Shown in pieces: positions 29,008 to 39,703 of a DNA stretch of 64,000 bases. This DNA is from Nitrospinota bacterium (lineage in GTDB: Bacteria > Nitrospinota > Nitrospinia > Nitrospinales > VA-1): contig WAIB01000004.1 of NCBI GenBank assembly GCA_009873655.1, forward strand, positions 10,939 to 74,938. The letters are read 5' to 3'. The position numbers and the translations under genes are program-made. The first letter of the stretch is position 1, and every line of letters starts with the position of its first letter. The notes beneath the pieces were generated by a model. The model ran no database searches. It saw nothing but the letters and a program-made list of their open reading frames with translations, and was not told the DNA's origin.

Positions 29008-29104
29008 AACTGAATTTCCTGTGAAATACGATTTGTTTTTATCTATATTGATAAGATTCTATCTTAACAAAAAAGATTCATCTTCACCATAGACAGAGCC
29101 CGGG

Positions 29105-30286
29105 TCAGGAACAGGCCTTGAAAGCCGATTCAAAGCCGGCTATGGAACCCTCTATAACGGAATCAGGAAGACAATAGGAAATACGAAAATACCCCGGACA
29201 GCCGAATCCGCGACCCGGCACAACCAACACCTTTTTCTCCGCCAGTTTTTTCACGAACTCAACTTCATCATCAATGGGCGATCTTGGGAAGAAATAAAAC
29301 GCTCCCTGGGGTTTCACCACGTCGTATCCGATCCGGGTCAATTCCTTATATAAAAAATCCCGTTTTTTCCGGTATTGCTCAACATCCACCGTGACTCCCT
29401 GCACATTTTTTACCACCCGTTGAATCAAGGCGGGGGCATTCACAAATCCCAACACCCGGTTGGAAAAGATCAACCCCGCCATCAGGTTTTCCGCATCTTT
29501 ACATTTGGGATGGACTGCCGCAAACCCGATTCTTTCACCGGGCAGGGCAATGTCTTTCGAGTGGGAGGTAATGTAAATACTGTTCTCGTAAAGCTCAAGG
29601 ATGTTCACCACCTCCACCCCATCAAAGGCAATTTTTTTATAGGGGTCATCCGAGATCAAATAAACGGGTTTTTTGGATTTCTCGGAATGTTCCCGCAATA
29701 TTTCTGCTAATTTTTCCAGTTCCTCCCGGGAATAAACCACTCCAGTAGGGTTGTTTGGAGAGTTGATGATTACCGCTTTGGTTTTTTCATTCAGCGCATT
29801 TTTTAAATTTTCGAAATTGAGAGAAAAGTCATCATTCGTTTTTACAGGTACCGCTTTGCCTCCATGGTTGTCGGCATAAAAAAGGTATTCAACAAAATAG
29901 GGAGCGAAAATGACAACTTCATCACCGCTATCCAGCAGGGTTTTCAGGGTGATGTTCAATCCCCCCGCCGCGCCGCAAACCATGACCAGGTCATCTGCGG
30001 CAAGGGTTGTATTGCTTTCCTCAGAAAGTGTTTTTGCAATGGCTTCGCGCACATCCTGAAATCCGGCGTTTGGCATATAACGGTGCATTCCCGGAGATTT
30101 ATCTCTGGCTGCTTCCATCAGTGCATTCTGGACCTCTTCAGGCGGTTCAATGACCGGATTTCCCAGAGAAAGGTCAAAAATATTTTCTTCACCGAATTCC
30201 TTTTTCAACCGAATTCCTTCTTCAAACATCTTCCGGATCCAGGAAGATTTTTCCATAAATCCGCTCACTTTTTCTGAAATAGCCAT
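29105..30286 (-). CDS. Pyridoxal-phosphate-dependent aminotransferase, class I (aspartate/alanine aminotransferase-like)
   Basis: Motifs are LSLGNP, NSPNNPTG and the PLP-Lys motif SHSKDIALPGERIG. An alternative TTG start lies at 30313. Confidence 0.8.
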   Translation of the reverse strand: MAISEKVSGFMEKSSWIRKMFEEGIRLKKEFGEENIFDLSLGNPVIEPPEEVQNALMEAARDKSPGMHRYMPNAGFQDVREAIAKTLSEESNTTLAADDLVMVCGAAGGLNITLKTLLDSGDEVVIFAPYFVEYLFYADNHGGKAVPVKTNDDFSLNFENLKNALNEKTKAVIINSPNNPTGVVYSREELEKLAEILREHSEKSKKPVYLISDDPYKKIAFDGVEVVNILELYENSIYITSHSKDIALPGERIGFAAVHPKCKDAENLMAGLIFSNRVLGFVNAPALIQRVVKNVQGVTVDVEQYRKKRDFLYKELTRIGYDVVKPQGAFYFFPRSPIDDEVEFVKKLAEKKVLVVPGRGFGCPGYFRISYCLPDSVIEGSIAGFESAFKACS

Positions 30287-30404
30287 TCCTTTACACCTGA
30301 ATTCGTGGATCAACGCCCGATTTTTAAAATAAACTTCACACCCTTATCACAATCTGCGGTAAGGTTCAACGGCATGCTTACTTAATATTAATGAGGCCTT
30401 CTCC

Positions 30405-31082
30405 ATGTCGATTATCCAGTTCATAGATGTTTACAAATCCTATCAAAATGGAGCCACCCCTGTTACGGCATTGCAGGGAGTGAACCTGAGTTTTGAAGCG
30501 GGAGATTTTGTCACCATTATGGGTCCCAGCGGTGGCGGAAAAACCACCCTGCTTAATTTGCTCGCCGGACTGGACCTGCCTGATCGGGGACAGATAATTT
30601 TGCAGGGGAGGAAGATATCCGATCTGTCAGACCACGATTTGACATTATTACGAAGAAAAGAAATCGGGTTCGTTTTTCAGTTTTTTAACCTGATGCCAAC
30701 CCTGACGGTTCAAGAAAATGTAGAACTTCCGCTTCTCCTGGCCCATTCATCAAAAACCCAAGGCAGTCGGGTGCAAACCCTTCTGGAGTATGTTGGACTC
30801 TGGAGCCGGGCACAATCTTTTCCGGCAGAGCTGTCAGGGGGAGAAATGCAACGCGTTGCCATCGCCCGGGCACTGGTCCATCAACCTGTCATTCTGCTTG
30901 CCGATGAACCCACGGGGAATCTGGATTCGGAAAACGGGCAAAAGATAATTGAACTGATGGAACGCGCAGCAGCGGATTTCAACACCACGGTCATACTCGT
31001 TACGCATAATCCAAAAATAGCAGAATGCGGTAACAAGCATTATGAAATCCGCGATGGAAAATTAAACGGTATTGCATTGTGA
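30405..31082 (+). CDS. ABC transporter ATP-binding protein (LolD/MacB-type)
   Basis: It has Walker A GPSGGGKTT, the signature LSGGEMQR and Walker B ILLADEPT. Confidence 0.85.
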   Translation: MSIIQFIDVYKSYQNGATPVTALQGVNLSFEAGDFVTIMGPSGGGKTTLLNLLAGLDLPDRGQIILQGRKISDLSDHDLTLLRRKEIGFVFQFFNLMPTLTVQENVELPLLLAHSSKTQGSRVQTLLEYVGLWSRAQSFPAELSGGEMQRVAIARALVHQPVILLADEPTGNLDSENGQKIIELMERAAADFNTTVILVTHNPKIAECGNKHYEIRDGKLNGIAL

Positions 31083-33655
31083 GCTTTCTATATTACTTCA
31101 AAGATCTGTTTACGGCCCTCATTCTGCGCCCTTTAATTCGAGATCCCTTTCGTACGGTCATTACAATTATCGGCGTTGCGGTTGGAGTCGCGGTCTTCTT
31201 AAGCATCCGACTGGCAAACCAGCAAACGATGATGTCCTTCACCGAAAGTGTCGACCTGGTCCTCGGTCGTGCGGATGCGGTCATCCGTGCTGAAGGCATG
31301 GAGTTTGATGAAAGTCATTTTGAAAAACTCCATGCCCTGCGGAACGAGATCAAAGCCTATCCCGTAATCGAAGGCTATGGGCTGGAATCTACCAGTGGTG
31401 AAGTGGTGGAGATCATCGGTACGGACCTGTTGCAGGACAGCGGTATCCGTGATTTTTCCCTCAAAACAAGAGAAAAAGATTTGAAGGGCTTACTGCCTCT
31501 CATCATGGACCCCGCCGGGGTCATTCTGCCTGAAAAGTTCATCCCCGATGTCCAGTTCGATGTCGGCAGCACCCTGAAGTTTCTTATCAAGGGAAAAGAA
31601 AAAACACTCAAGGTGAACGCCGTTCTGGAAAATAAAGGAATAGGAAAAGCTCTCAATGGAAATTTTGCTTTGATGGATATCGCTGCAGCCCAGAACGTGT
31701 TCGAAAAGTTTGGCCGACTGGACCGGATCGATATTCAATTCCTGAAAAAAACGAAGTTCGAGGTTATGAAAGAAAAGATTTCCTCCCTGTTGCCCGATCA
31801 CCTGCAAGTGGAAAGGCCGCAACGTAAAAACAAGCAAGTGGAAAAAATGCTGCAGGCATTTCAATACAACCTGACGGCTTTGAGTTTCGTTGCTCTGCTG
31901 GTGGCTCTTTACCTCATCTATAATATGATCGCGCTTTCCGTCGTTCGGCGGCGGATTGAAATTGGAACCTTGCGGGCCCTTGGAGCCACCCCCACATTAG
32001 TCGCACTGATATTTTTTCTTGAAGCCGGTGTCATTGGAGCCATTGGCTCCATCCTGGGAATTGAGTTGGGGTATTATTTTGCGCAGTTTTCCCTGGACGC
32101 TATTTCAATCACCGTAAACAACCTGTACGCGCCCAGCTATGTCCACGAAATAGATTTCCATTGGGAAGAAATGGGACCCTATTTTCTGCTGGGGTTGATA
32201 CTGTCATTAATATCCGCCCTCATACCCGCCTGGGACGCCGCAACAACCCCTCCCACATCGGTAATGCGACGCGGAGCCTATGACCTTAAACTTTTTCGGG
32301 GCAGCCGACAGTTAAATTTTTCTGCTGGACTCGTCTTTTTACTTGCCGGGTTCTGCTCGCAACTGCCGCCGGTCAACCGATTCCCCTATTTCGGATTCTT
32401 TTCTGTCTTCCTGATTATTCTCGGCCTGTCCATGCTGTCCCCTGCTGCCTTGTTATGGACACGCGACCGTTTTCACCATTTTTTTAAAAATGTGTTCGGG
32501 GGGGAAGGGTTGCTGGCCTGCATGAATCTCTCCCAAAACGTAGGCAGAAATGCCCTGGCTGTTTCTTCTCTGGCCATCGCGTTCATGATGGTCATCAGCA
32601 TGTGCATCATGGTTCACAGCTTCCGGCAAACCGTTGTCGTGTGGATTGACCAGACTTTGAAAGCCGATTTATTTGTCCGGGTTGCCGGGGGACGGGATAT
32701 CGACTACCAGCACACTTTACCTTCAGACAAGATTGAAAAACTCAAACAGGTTTCGGGAATAGCCGCCATTGACCAGTTTCGAGCCATGGATATTTCCTAC
32801 AACAACCTCCCGGTTGTACTTGCTACGGGTGATTTTTCCGTATTGTCCAAATTCGGGAACCTGGTCATAAAAGCCGGCACCCCGGCAGGGGAATTGGCAC
32901 AGAACATGGTCAACCAGGACAGAGCGATTGTATCGGAAGCCTTTTCTTTAAAACATAAGGTCCGTGTTGGCGACACCCTGAACCTGAAAACTCCTAATGG
33001 TCCTGTGAACCTGGAAATCGCTTCGGTTTATTTTGATTATTCCCGTGAAAGGGGATACATCATTCTGGACCGAACCACTTTTTTAAAATATTACCAGGAA
33101 AGCCCCATCAACAGTTTTGTGATTTACCTCAATGACAAAACCAGGTTGAGCCAGGTTCGCAAAGAAATCCTGACAAACCTCAACGAACACCGGCTGATCA
33201 TCCGTTCAAATTCAGAACTCAAAGGACAGGTTCTGGAAGTGTTCGACAAAACCTTTGCCATTACCTACTCGCTCGAAATAATAGCCATCCTGGTCGCCAT
33301 CCTCGGATTGTTCAATACCCTGGTTTCTCTCATCCTGGAAAGAAAAAGAGAAATAGGAATTCTAAGGTTCATCGGTTCGTTCACCAGCCAGGTCAAACGC
33401 ATGGTACTAATAGAAGCGGGAATTTTAGGAATGATCGGTTCGGCAATGGGTTTGACGGCAGGGATCGTCGTTTCTTATATTTTGATATTTGTCATCAACA
33501 AGCAGTCATTCGGCTGGACCATCCAGATTCACTTCCCCTATTTCTTCCTTTTTCTTTTAGTCGCGTTTTCCTGGGGAATTTCTGTCCTGGCCGGACTTTA
33601 CCCCGCCCGCCTCGCCCAGCGATTGAATCCTAAAGAAGCGGTTCGGGTTGAGTAG
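31079..33655 (+). CDS. ABC transporter permease with duplicated FtsX/MacB-type domains
   Basis: It is an 858-aa polytopic protein with two FtsX-like 4-TM modules (RRRIEIGTLRALGAT...; RKREIGILRFIGS...). It overlaps the ATPase gene by 4 nt. Confidence 0.8.
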   Translation: MSFLYYFKDLFTALILRPLIRDPFRTVITIIGVAVGVAVFLSIRLANQQTMMSFTESVDLVLGRADAVIRAEGMEFDESHFEKLHALRNEIKAYPVIEGYGLESTSGEVVEIIGTDLLQDSGIRDFSLKTREKDLKGLLPLIMDPAGVILPEKFIPDVQFDVGSTLKFLIKGKEKTLKVNAVLENKGIGKALNGNFALMDIAAAQNVFEKFGRLDRIDIQFLKKTKFEVMKEKISSLLPDHLQVERPQRKNKQVEKMLQAFQYNLTALSFVALLVALYLIYNMIALSVVRRRIEIGTLRALGATPTLVALIFFLEAGVIGAIGSILGIELGYYFAQFSLDAISITVNNLYAPSYVHEIDFHWEEMGPYFLLGLILSLISALIPAWDAATTPPTSVMRRGAYDLKLFRGSRQLNFSAGLVFLLAGFCSQLPPVNRFPYFGFFSVFLIILGLSMLSPAALLWTRDRFHHFFKNVFGGEGLLACMNLSQNVGRNALAVSSLAIAFMMVISMCIMVHSFRQTVVVWIDQTLKADLFVRVAGGRDIDYQHTLPSDKIEKLKQVSGIAAIDQFRAMDISYNNLPVVLATGDFSVLSKFGNLVIKAGTPAGELAQNMVNQDRAIVSEAFSLKHKVRVGDTLNLKTPNGPVNLEIASVYFDYSRERGYIILDRTTFLKYYQESPINSFVIYLNDKTRLSQVRKEILTNLNEHRLIIRSNSELKGQVLEVFDKTFAITYSLEIIAILVAILGLFNTLVSLILERKREIGILRFIGSFTSQVKRMVLIEAGILGMIGSAMGLTAGIVVSYILIFVINKQSFGWTIQIHFPYFFLFLLVAFSWGISVLAGLYPARLAQRLNPKEAVRVE

Positions 33656-33657
33656 AG

Positions 33658-35391
33658 TTATAAACCTCTTATATCCAGCAATCTCAGTTCCAGCTTTTCC
33701 CTTCCATTCCAGGAATTCAGGTGAAGTTCATAACTTATGTCATAAACTTCGCGGGTGGTGTCCAGGGATTGAAAAATTTCAGCAAAGTTAAATGCCACGA
33801 CTTCAATTTGCCCATCCCCCTGAATCGCTTTAAAGCGCACATGATTTTTTTCTTTGCCAATAAATTTCAATTCCTTGACTTTTATTTTATTGGATTGAAA
33901 AGACGGCATGGGGTTTTCAGCACCAAACGGTTCCAACAAGGAAATATTTCTATATAATTCAAAATCAACCTGGGAAAGCTCAAGGGTCGTGTCTATCCGG
34001 ACTTCGGGAATCAAGTCTTCCTCTTTTAAATATTGGTGCCCGACCTTGTTTATAGCATCACGGAAGAGATCAATATTATTATCTTCTATTGTCAATCCCG
34101 CCGCATAGGCATGTCCCCCGAATTGAGCCAGGTATTTTGTACAATTTGTGAAGGCTTTAAACAGGTTGAATTTGGGTATGCTTCTTCCAGACCCTTTCCC
34201 CACCCCTTCCTCCAGTGCAATCAAAACAGTCGGGCGATGATACTTTTCCACCATTTTTGAAGCGGCGATCCCGATGACTCCGGGATGAAAAATTTCCGAG
34301 GCCAGCACGATCACCCTTATATTTTCCCGGTCTCTTTCGTTCAGCAATAAAGACTCTGCCTCCTGAAAAGTCTCTGCCTGGATTTCTTTTCTTTCCCTGT
34401 TGGTTTTTTCCAGTTCATTTGCCAGAGCTTTTGCCGCAGGAAGGTCGGTGGCGGTTAACAAATGCAATCCGTTATCTGCTTTTCCCAACCGGCCTGCGGC
34501 ATTGAGCCTTGGACCGAGGCCGAAGCCGACCGATCGCGCATCCACGTTTCCCACAATTCCGGCGACTTCTTTCAGCGCAACCAGTCCCGGTTTTGCGGAA
34601 GTAGACAAAACATCCAACCCGTGCCGGGTCAGGATATGGTTTTCCCCTGTCAAGGGGGCCACGTCCGCAATGGTTCCCAATGCGAACAAATCCAGATGGC
34701 GTTTCAAATTTGGCAAATCTTCCTTTTTCATTCCAGCGGAATGCAATCTATTGCGAATCCCAATGGCCAGTTTAAAGGCAAGGCCGACACCGCTTAAAAA
34801 ACGGAAGGGATAATTGCATTCATCACGGTGGGGATTCAAAACCGCGACGGCATTCGGCAATCCTTCCTCTCCCACCTGGTGATGATCGGTGACGATCACA
34901 TCCAACCCCAATTCATTCGCCAAAGCCACTTCTTTAACTCCCGTGATTCCACAGTCGGCAGTGATCATCAAGGTGGAGCCCTGCTCCCTTATTTTTCGGA
35001 TCGCGTCTTCATTCAGACCATACCCTTCTGCTTGGCGTTCGGGGAGATACGCTGAAACCGGAATATTCAAATCGCGGAAAAAATGGGTCAGAAAAGCAGC
35101 GGATGTCACTCCATCCACGTCGTAATCACAGAATACGGTAATGGATTCCTCATTTTCGATGGCGCGAACCACTCTCTCAACCGCCCGGTCCATTCCCGCC
35201 ATGAGAAAAGGGTCGTGCAACAGGGAGAAATCGGCATTGAGAAAAGTCTGCCCTTCTTCAGTAGTTGCAACGCCCCTGTTTATCAACAGCACGGCGAGTG
35301 TATAGGGAATATCGAGTTCTTTAGCCAAAGCCAATGTTTTTTCCGGTGGCACTTCGGCAAGGCACCATTTTTTTTTCAAAAATGACAGCAT
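33658..35391 (-). CDS. recJ: Single-stranded-DNA-specific exonuclease RecJ
   Basis: DHH-family motifs are CDYDVDGVTS, VTDHH and GGHAYAAG (DHHA1). The length is typical. Confidence 0.9.
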   Translation of the reverse strand: MLSFLKKKWCLAEVPPEKTLALAKELDIPYTLAVLLINRGVATTEEGQTFLNADFSLLHDPFLMAGMDRAVERVVRAIENEESITVFCDYDVDGVTSAAFLTHFFRDLNIPVSAYLPERQAEGYGLNEDAIRKIREQGSTLMITADCGITGVKEVALANELGLDVIVTDHHQVGEEGLPNAVAVLNPHRDECNYPFRFLSGVGLAFKLAIGIRNRLHSAGMKKEDLPNLKRHLDLFALGTIADVAPLTGENHILTRHGLDVLSTSAKPGLVALKEVAGIVGNVDARSVGFGLGPRLNAAGRLGKADNGLHLLTATDLPAAKALANELEKTNRERKEIQAETFQEAESLLLNERDRENIRVIVLASEIFHPGVIGIAASKMVEKYHRPTVLIALEEGVGKGSGRSIPKFNLFKAFTNCTKYLAQFGGHAYAAGLTIEDNNIDLFRDAINKVGHQYLKEEDLIPEVRIDTTLELSQVDFELYRNISLLEPFGAENPMPSFQSNKIKVKELKFIGKEKNHVRFKAIQGDGQIEVVAFNFAEIFQSLDTTREVYDISYELHLNSWNGREKLELRLLDIRGL

Positions 35392-35398
35392 GAATTAT

Positions 35399-36007
35399 TC
35401 AACGGTTAATATGTTCTGAAACGCCTTTGAAGGTACTGCGGTGAATTGGGCAAGGTCCGTGTTCCTGGATCAGAGTCCGGTGTAACTTTGTACCATACCC
35501 TTTATGACGATCAAATTGATATTGGGGATAAAGTTTATGATAGTCCTCCATTATTCGGTCCCTTGTCACTTTCGCAAGAACAGATGCGGCAGCGATGGAC
35601 AAACTTTTTGAGTCGCCCTTTATGATCGCCCATTGGTCCAGAGAGGATTCGATTTTCTGATTCCCGTCAATGAGCAAAAGGTCCGGCACGGGATTTAATT
35701 GATCCACAGCCTGTTTCATCGCCAGTCGTGCGGCCTGCAAAATATTGATTTCATCAATCACTTCCGGGTCTACAACAGACATTCCGTAAGCGATGGCCTT
35801 TTCCTGGATTTTTGGGAACAATGCTTCACGTTTTTTGGCGGACAGTTTTTTTGAGTCATCGAGCCCCGCGATATCAATGCTCGAAGAGAAAATCACCGCA
35901 GCGGCAACCACGGGGCCTGCAAGGGGGCCTCGGCCCGCCTCGTCCACCCCCGCAATATTGCTGAATTCCCTCTCCCGGGCTTTTGTCTCAAATTCAAGCA
36001 GGTTCAT
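35399..36007 (-). CDS. rnhB: Ribonuclease HII
   Basis: GVDEAGRGPLAGPVV, DDSKKL and DSKSLSIAAASVLAKVTRD are present. Confidence 0.9.
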   Translation of the reverse strand: MNLLEFETKAREREFSNIAGVDEAGRGPLAGPVVAAAVIFSSSIDIAGLDDSKKLSAKKREALFPKIQEKAIAYGMSVVDPEVIDEINILQAARLAMKQAVDQLNPVPDLLLIDGNQKIESSLDQWAIIKGDSKSLSIAAASVLAKVTRDRIMEDYHKLYPQYQFDRHKGYGTKLHRTLIQEHGPCPIHRSTFKGVSEHINR

Positions 36008-36097
36008 GGCCGAAGCATAAAGTATCCCCGGCCAACACGCAACCTATCCCAAAAAGGGTGGGTTGAATTACCGTTATTGGAATTTTATAATTAAGGC

Positions 36098-36982
36098 ATG
36101 CGAAAACGTTTTCTTTTTATATTTTTATCCGCACTTCTTATTACCGCTTGCGCAACCACCCCGGTCTCCAATCGATCCGCCCTGATACTTATTCCCAAAT
36201 CGCAGGAAGTTGCGTTGGGAAAACAATCGTACAACCAAATTTTAGAAAAAGAAAAAGAGTCAGAAGACGAGGAATTGAACCGGATTGTTCAAAGAGTCGC
36301 GAAACGAATCACCGCAGTCAGTGACATGCCGAAACTGGATTGGGAAGTCAAACTCATCGAATCAGACCAAAAGAATGCTTTCGCTCTGCCGGGGGGTAAA
36401 ATTGCCATCTATACCGGCATTCTTGAAGTCGCAAAAAACGAAGCAGGACTTGCCACGGTAATGAGCCATGAAATTGCCCATGTCATCGCCCGCCATGGAG
36501 CGCAAAGGATGACGCAACAAATGCTATTGCAAGGTGCGATGCTGAGTGCCGGTTTAAGCATGGATAACAGTAAACATAGAAATTTGATCCTTTCCGCCCT
36601 GGGGGTGGGGGTCCTTTACGGATTCTCCCTTCCCTTCAGCCGATCACACGAAAGTGAAGCGGACCAGATCGGGCTGATCTATATGGCGAAGGCGGGGTAT
36701 GATCCCCATGAGGCGTTGAACTTCTGGCAGAGATTCAGCAAAATAAAAGGAGACAATGGTCCCCCGGAATGGGCCTCGACCCACCCGGCGGATGCAACCC
36801 GTATGCAGGGTCTCAGGGGTTATCTTTCCCGGGCAAAATACAGTTACCAGAATTTAAATGTCAAATATGGGCTTGGGGAGACTTTCAACCTGGATGACAT
36901 CAAAAAACAGGATGAAGCAAAAAAAACTCCCGACAGGCCTGAGCCTGTACCGGGAGTTTCCGTGGAAACATTGGGTCCCTGA
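36098..36982 (+). CDS. M48 family metallopeptidase (lipoprotein)
   Basis: It has the lipobox LLITAC, the zinc motif SHEIAHVIARH and a downstream ESEAD. Confidence 0.8.
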   Translation: MRKRFLFIFLSALLITACATTPVSNRSALILIPKSQEVALGKQSYNQILEKEKESEDEELNRIVQRVAKRITAVSDMPKLDWEVKLIESDQKNAFALPGGKIAIYTGILEVAKNEAGLATVMSHEIAHVIARHGAQRMTQQMLLQGAMLSAGLSMDNSKHRNLILSALGVGVLYGFSLPFSRSHESEADQIGLIYMAKAGYDPHEALNFWQRFSKIKGDNGPPEWASTHPADATRMQGLRGYLSRAKYSYQNLNVKYGLGETFNLDDIKKQDEAKKTPDRPEPVPGVSVETLGP

Positions 36983-37450
36983 CAGGGGAAGCAGATTATC
37001 AATACTCGAAAAACCTTGAATTATGAAACACCGGCTTATAGATTTAATGCCTGTGTTACAGCGATCGGTTGAACTCGCAACCCAAAGCGGACATTAAAGC
37101 TCGTATAAATAACAAATTATAATCAAGTAGCGATTTGAAAATTTTTTGTAAGTGGTGTTAGACAAATCAAATGTTCAAAACCAAAAAGCTAATATGCCCA
37201 AATTGCAGGGTGAACCCATTTGAAACTATAATTCTTCAGAGGAGTGGTCACGTCACACCTTATAAATCAGAGCATTACAGACTCTCATGAATTAAAACAA
37301 AAAAGCCGAACCAGAATTAGTGTTTCAAAGGAATGTACAATTTTTAATAACTACTCAATACTTGATTGAAAAAGGTGACCATTAAGATTTTTTGCTTCAC
37401 CTTAAATCGGGCAATTTCACGAGCATTGCATTGATTATGAAAAACAAACC

Positions 37451-39703
37451 ATGATTCTAGAATCTAAATTTCATATTTCACTTGCAGGTTCGGCATCGGT
37501 TTTATCTGTCAGCGATAATATTGATGAGTTAATCGGTTTTAAGAAAGATGACTTCCTTAAGGGCAAAATATCTTTAGAAAGCCGAATTCATCCCCATGAC
37601 AGGGACATATCAGATGAACTATTTTCTAATGAAATCAAACAGGCATCTGGTTCCTACAACTTTCGATTAAGGCACGCTGATGGTCAAATCTGTTGCATAA
37701 GGGGTGAGTACAACAAATGGACTGACAAAGGAAGCAAGAACATAATACTTGAATTACGATTGCAAGATTCCAAAAGTTTATGGAAACAGGAAAGTGATCA
37801 AGAAATACTGCCCAATTTCAAATCCATGATGGAAAACACAAATGATTACATTTATTTCAAGGATCGAAACCACGTATTCACGGGAGCAAGTCAGACCTTA
37901 GTTTCTCTTACCGAACCATCAACGCACTGGACGGATCTGCTTGGTAAAACGGATTATGATGTGTTTCCTGAAAATTATGCAGACATTTATTACCGATTGG
38001 AAAAACAGGTTTTTTCCGGCATTGATGTGGCGCATGAAATTCAGGAAACCATGGATAACGACGGAAATAAGGGTTGGGTTGATAACCGCAAATTTCCTAT
38101 ACGAGATGATCATAATAAAATTATCGGTTTATTTGGTATTGCTCGAATAATTACCGATCAAAAAATTGCAGAAGAAAAGCTAAGGCTAAGTGAAAAACGG
38201 TTCAGGACAGTGTTTGAAGAGGCCCCTCTTGGCGTTGCATTGATCGATTCCCTCACAGGCGTCATCTATGAGGCTAATCCCCGTTTTGCTGAAATTGCAG
38301 GAAGGACCAAAGAGGAAATGGCAACCATTGACTGGATGTCAATAACCCATCCAGATGATGTCCAGGAAGATCTGGATAACATGGCAGATTTAAATGCCGG
38401 CAAGATAACAGGGTTCAATATGAACAAAAGGTATATCAAACCCGATGGCTCCCATGTATGGATCAATATGACCATTGCTCCTATTACAGTAGAAGATAAA
38501 ACCAAACCACGCCACTTGTGCATGATTGAAGATATTACCCAAAGGAAGGCATTTGAGAATGAATTGGAAGCCTATCGTAAAAATCTTAAAAAACTAGTGG
38601 ACTTCAGAACCAATGAACTAAAGGAGAGTCTTCTAAGATTCAAAACCTACTTTGAATTGCCTCTGATAGGTGTTGCCATCACTTCACCCCAAAAAGGGTG
38701 GATAGAAGTTAATCAGAAATTGTGTGATATTTTAGGTTATAACCAGGAGGAATTGTTCAATTTGACTTGGGTTGAGTTGACCCATCCCGATGATGTTGCT
38801 TCTGATCTTGACCAGTTTGACAAGGTTGCGTCAGGTGAAACAGAAGGGTATTCCATTAGGAAACGGTTCATACGAAAAGACAAGGTTGTTGTCTTCGTCG
38901 AACTGTCGGCTCGATGTGTCCGCAGATCAAATGGAGATATCGATTATTTTGTGACTTTGATTAATGACATATCAGAACAAGTTGAGATAGAGAAAAGGGT
39001 TAAGGAAACACAAGCTCAACTTGCTCATGCTGACAAACTTTCGTCCCTTGGTAAGCTGGTAGGGTCTGTCGCCCATGAGTTCAACAACCCCTTGTTTGGC
39101 GTTATGAATCTGGTTGACCAACTGGCTGATGATGATTTTGCAGACCAAAAAACTGAACTCTCAAGGGTGGCCAAAAATGAGTGTCAACGAATGGCTGGAA
39201 TGATCAAAAACCTTCAGAGCTTCTATAAACCATCAGAAGGGATTGAGACTGATATCAAGATAAGCAATTTGACTGAAGATGTTCTCTTGATTATAGGTAA
39301 AGATATTAAGCAAAAAGGAATTAAGATAGTCCGTAATTTTTCTGAGAGTGAGACTACTATTAAATCAGTAGAAGACCAAATCAAACAGGTTGTGATCAAT
39401 CTTCTGCAAAATGCTTCCGATTCTATATCTGGATCGGATGGTGAAATTTCCTTAACCATTGAATCTGACAACTCAAATATGATCCTTAAAGTTCAGGATA
39501 ATGGAAAAGGTATTCCAAAAGAAGATATTGGAAAATTATTTGAACCTTTTTTTACGACAAAAGGGATAAAGGGGACTGGTTTGGGGCTTTCTGTCAGTTA
39601 TGGAATTGTGAAAAAGCATGGTGGGGAAATTGCTGTAGAAAGTGAAGTTGGAAAAGGCTCCATTTTTTCTTTAATCCTGCCTGTCTCTGGGAATAACAAA
39701 TGA
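37451..39703 (+). CDS. Cytoplasmic multi-PAS sensor histidine kinase
   Basis: It has no TM segments and about four PAS/PAC modules. The H-box is VAHEFNNPL and the HATPase motifs are NLLQNASDS, DNGKGIP and GTGLGLS. Confidence 0.85.
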   Translation: MILESKFHISLAGSASVLSVSDNIDELIGFKKDDFLKGKISLESRIHPHDRDISDELFSNEIKQASGSYNFRLRHADGQICCIRGEYNKWTDKGSKNIILELRLQDSKSLWKQESDQEILPNFKSMMENTNDYIYFKDRNHVFTGASQTLVSLTEPSTHWTDLLGKTDYDVFPENYADIYYRLEKQVFSGIDVAHEIQETMDNDGNKGWVDNRKFPIRDDHNKIIGLFGIARIITDQKIAEEKLRLSEKRFRTVFEEAPLGVALIDSLTGVIYEANPRFAEIAGRTKEEMATIDWMSITHPDDVQEDLDNMADLNAGKITGFNMNKRYIKPDGSHVWINMTIAPITVEDKTKPRHLCMIEDITQRKAFENELEAYRKNLKKLVDFRTNELKESLLRFKTYFELPLIGVAITSPQKGWIEVNQKLCDILGYNQEELFNLTWVELTHPDDVASDLDQFDKVASGETEGYSIRKRFIRKDKVVVFVELSARCVRRSNGDIDYFVTLINDISEQVEIEKRVKETQAQLAHADKLSSLGKLVGSVAHEFNNPLFGVMNLVDQLADDDFADQKTELSRVAKNECQRMAGMIKNLQSFYKPSEGIETDIKISNLTEDVLLIIGKDIKQKGIKIVRNFSESETTIKSVEDQIKQVVINLLQNASDSISGSDGEISLTIESDNSNMILKVQDNGKGIPKEDIGKLFEPFFTTKGIKGTGLGLSVSYGIVKKHGGEIAVESEVGKGSIFSLILPVSGNNK

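Noticed and set aside
37067-37082. A T-arm-like hairpin GGTTG-aactcg-CAACC in the AT-rich spacer. It could be a tRNA fragment or attachment-site remnant.
   Set aside because: The loop does not match the TTCRANY consensus. No acceptor or anticodon arms can be drawn around it, and no matching direct repeat was found at the other island edge.
37171-37290. A 39-codon ORF (MFKTKKLICPNCRVNPFETIILQRSGHVTPYKSEHYRLS) with a CPNC half zinc-ribbon in the spacer before the kinase gene.
   Set aside because: It has no SD, only one CxxC pair and no recognisable family. It could be a gene fragment, but the evidence is insufficient.
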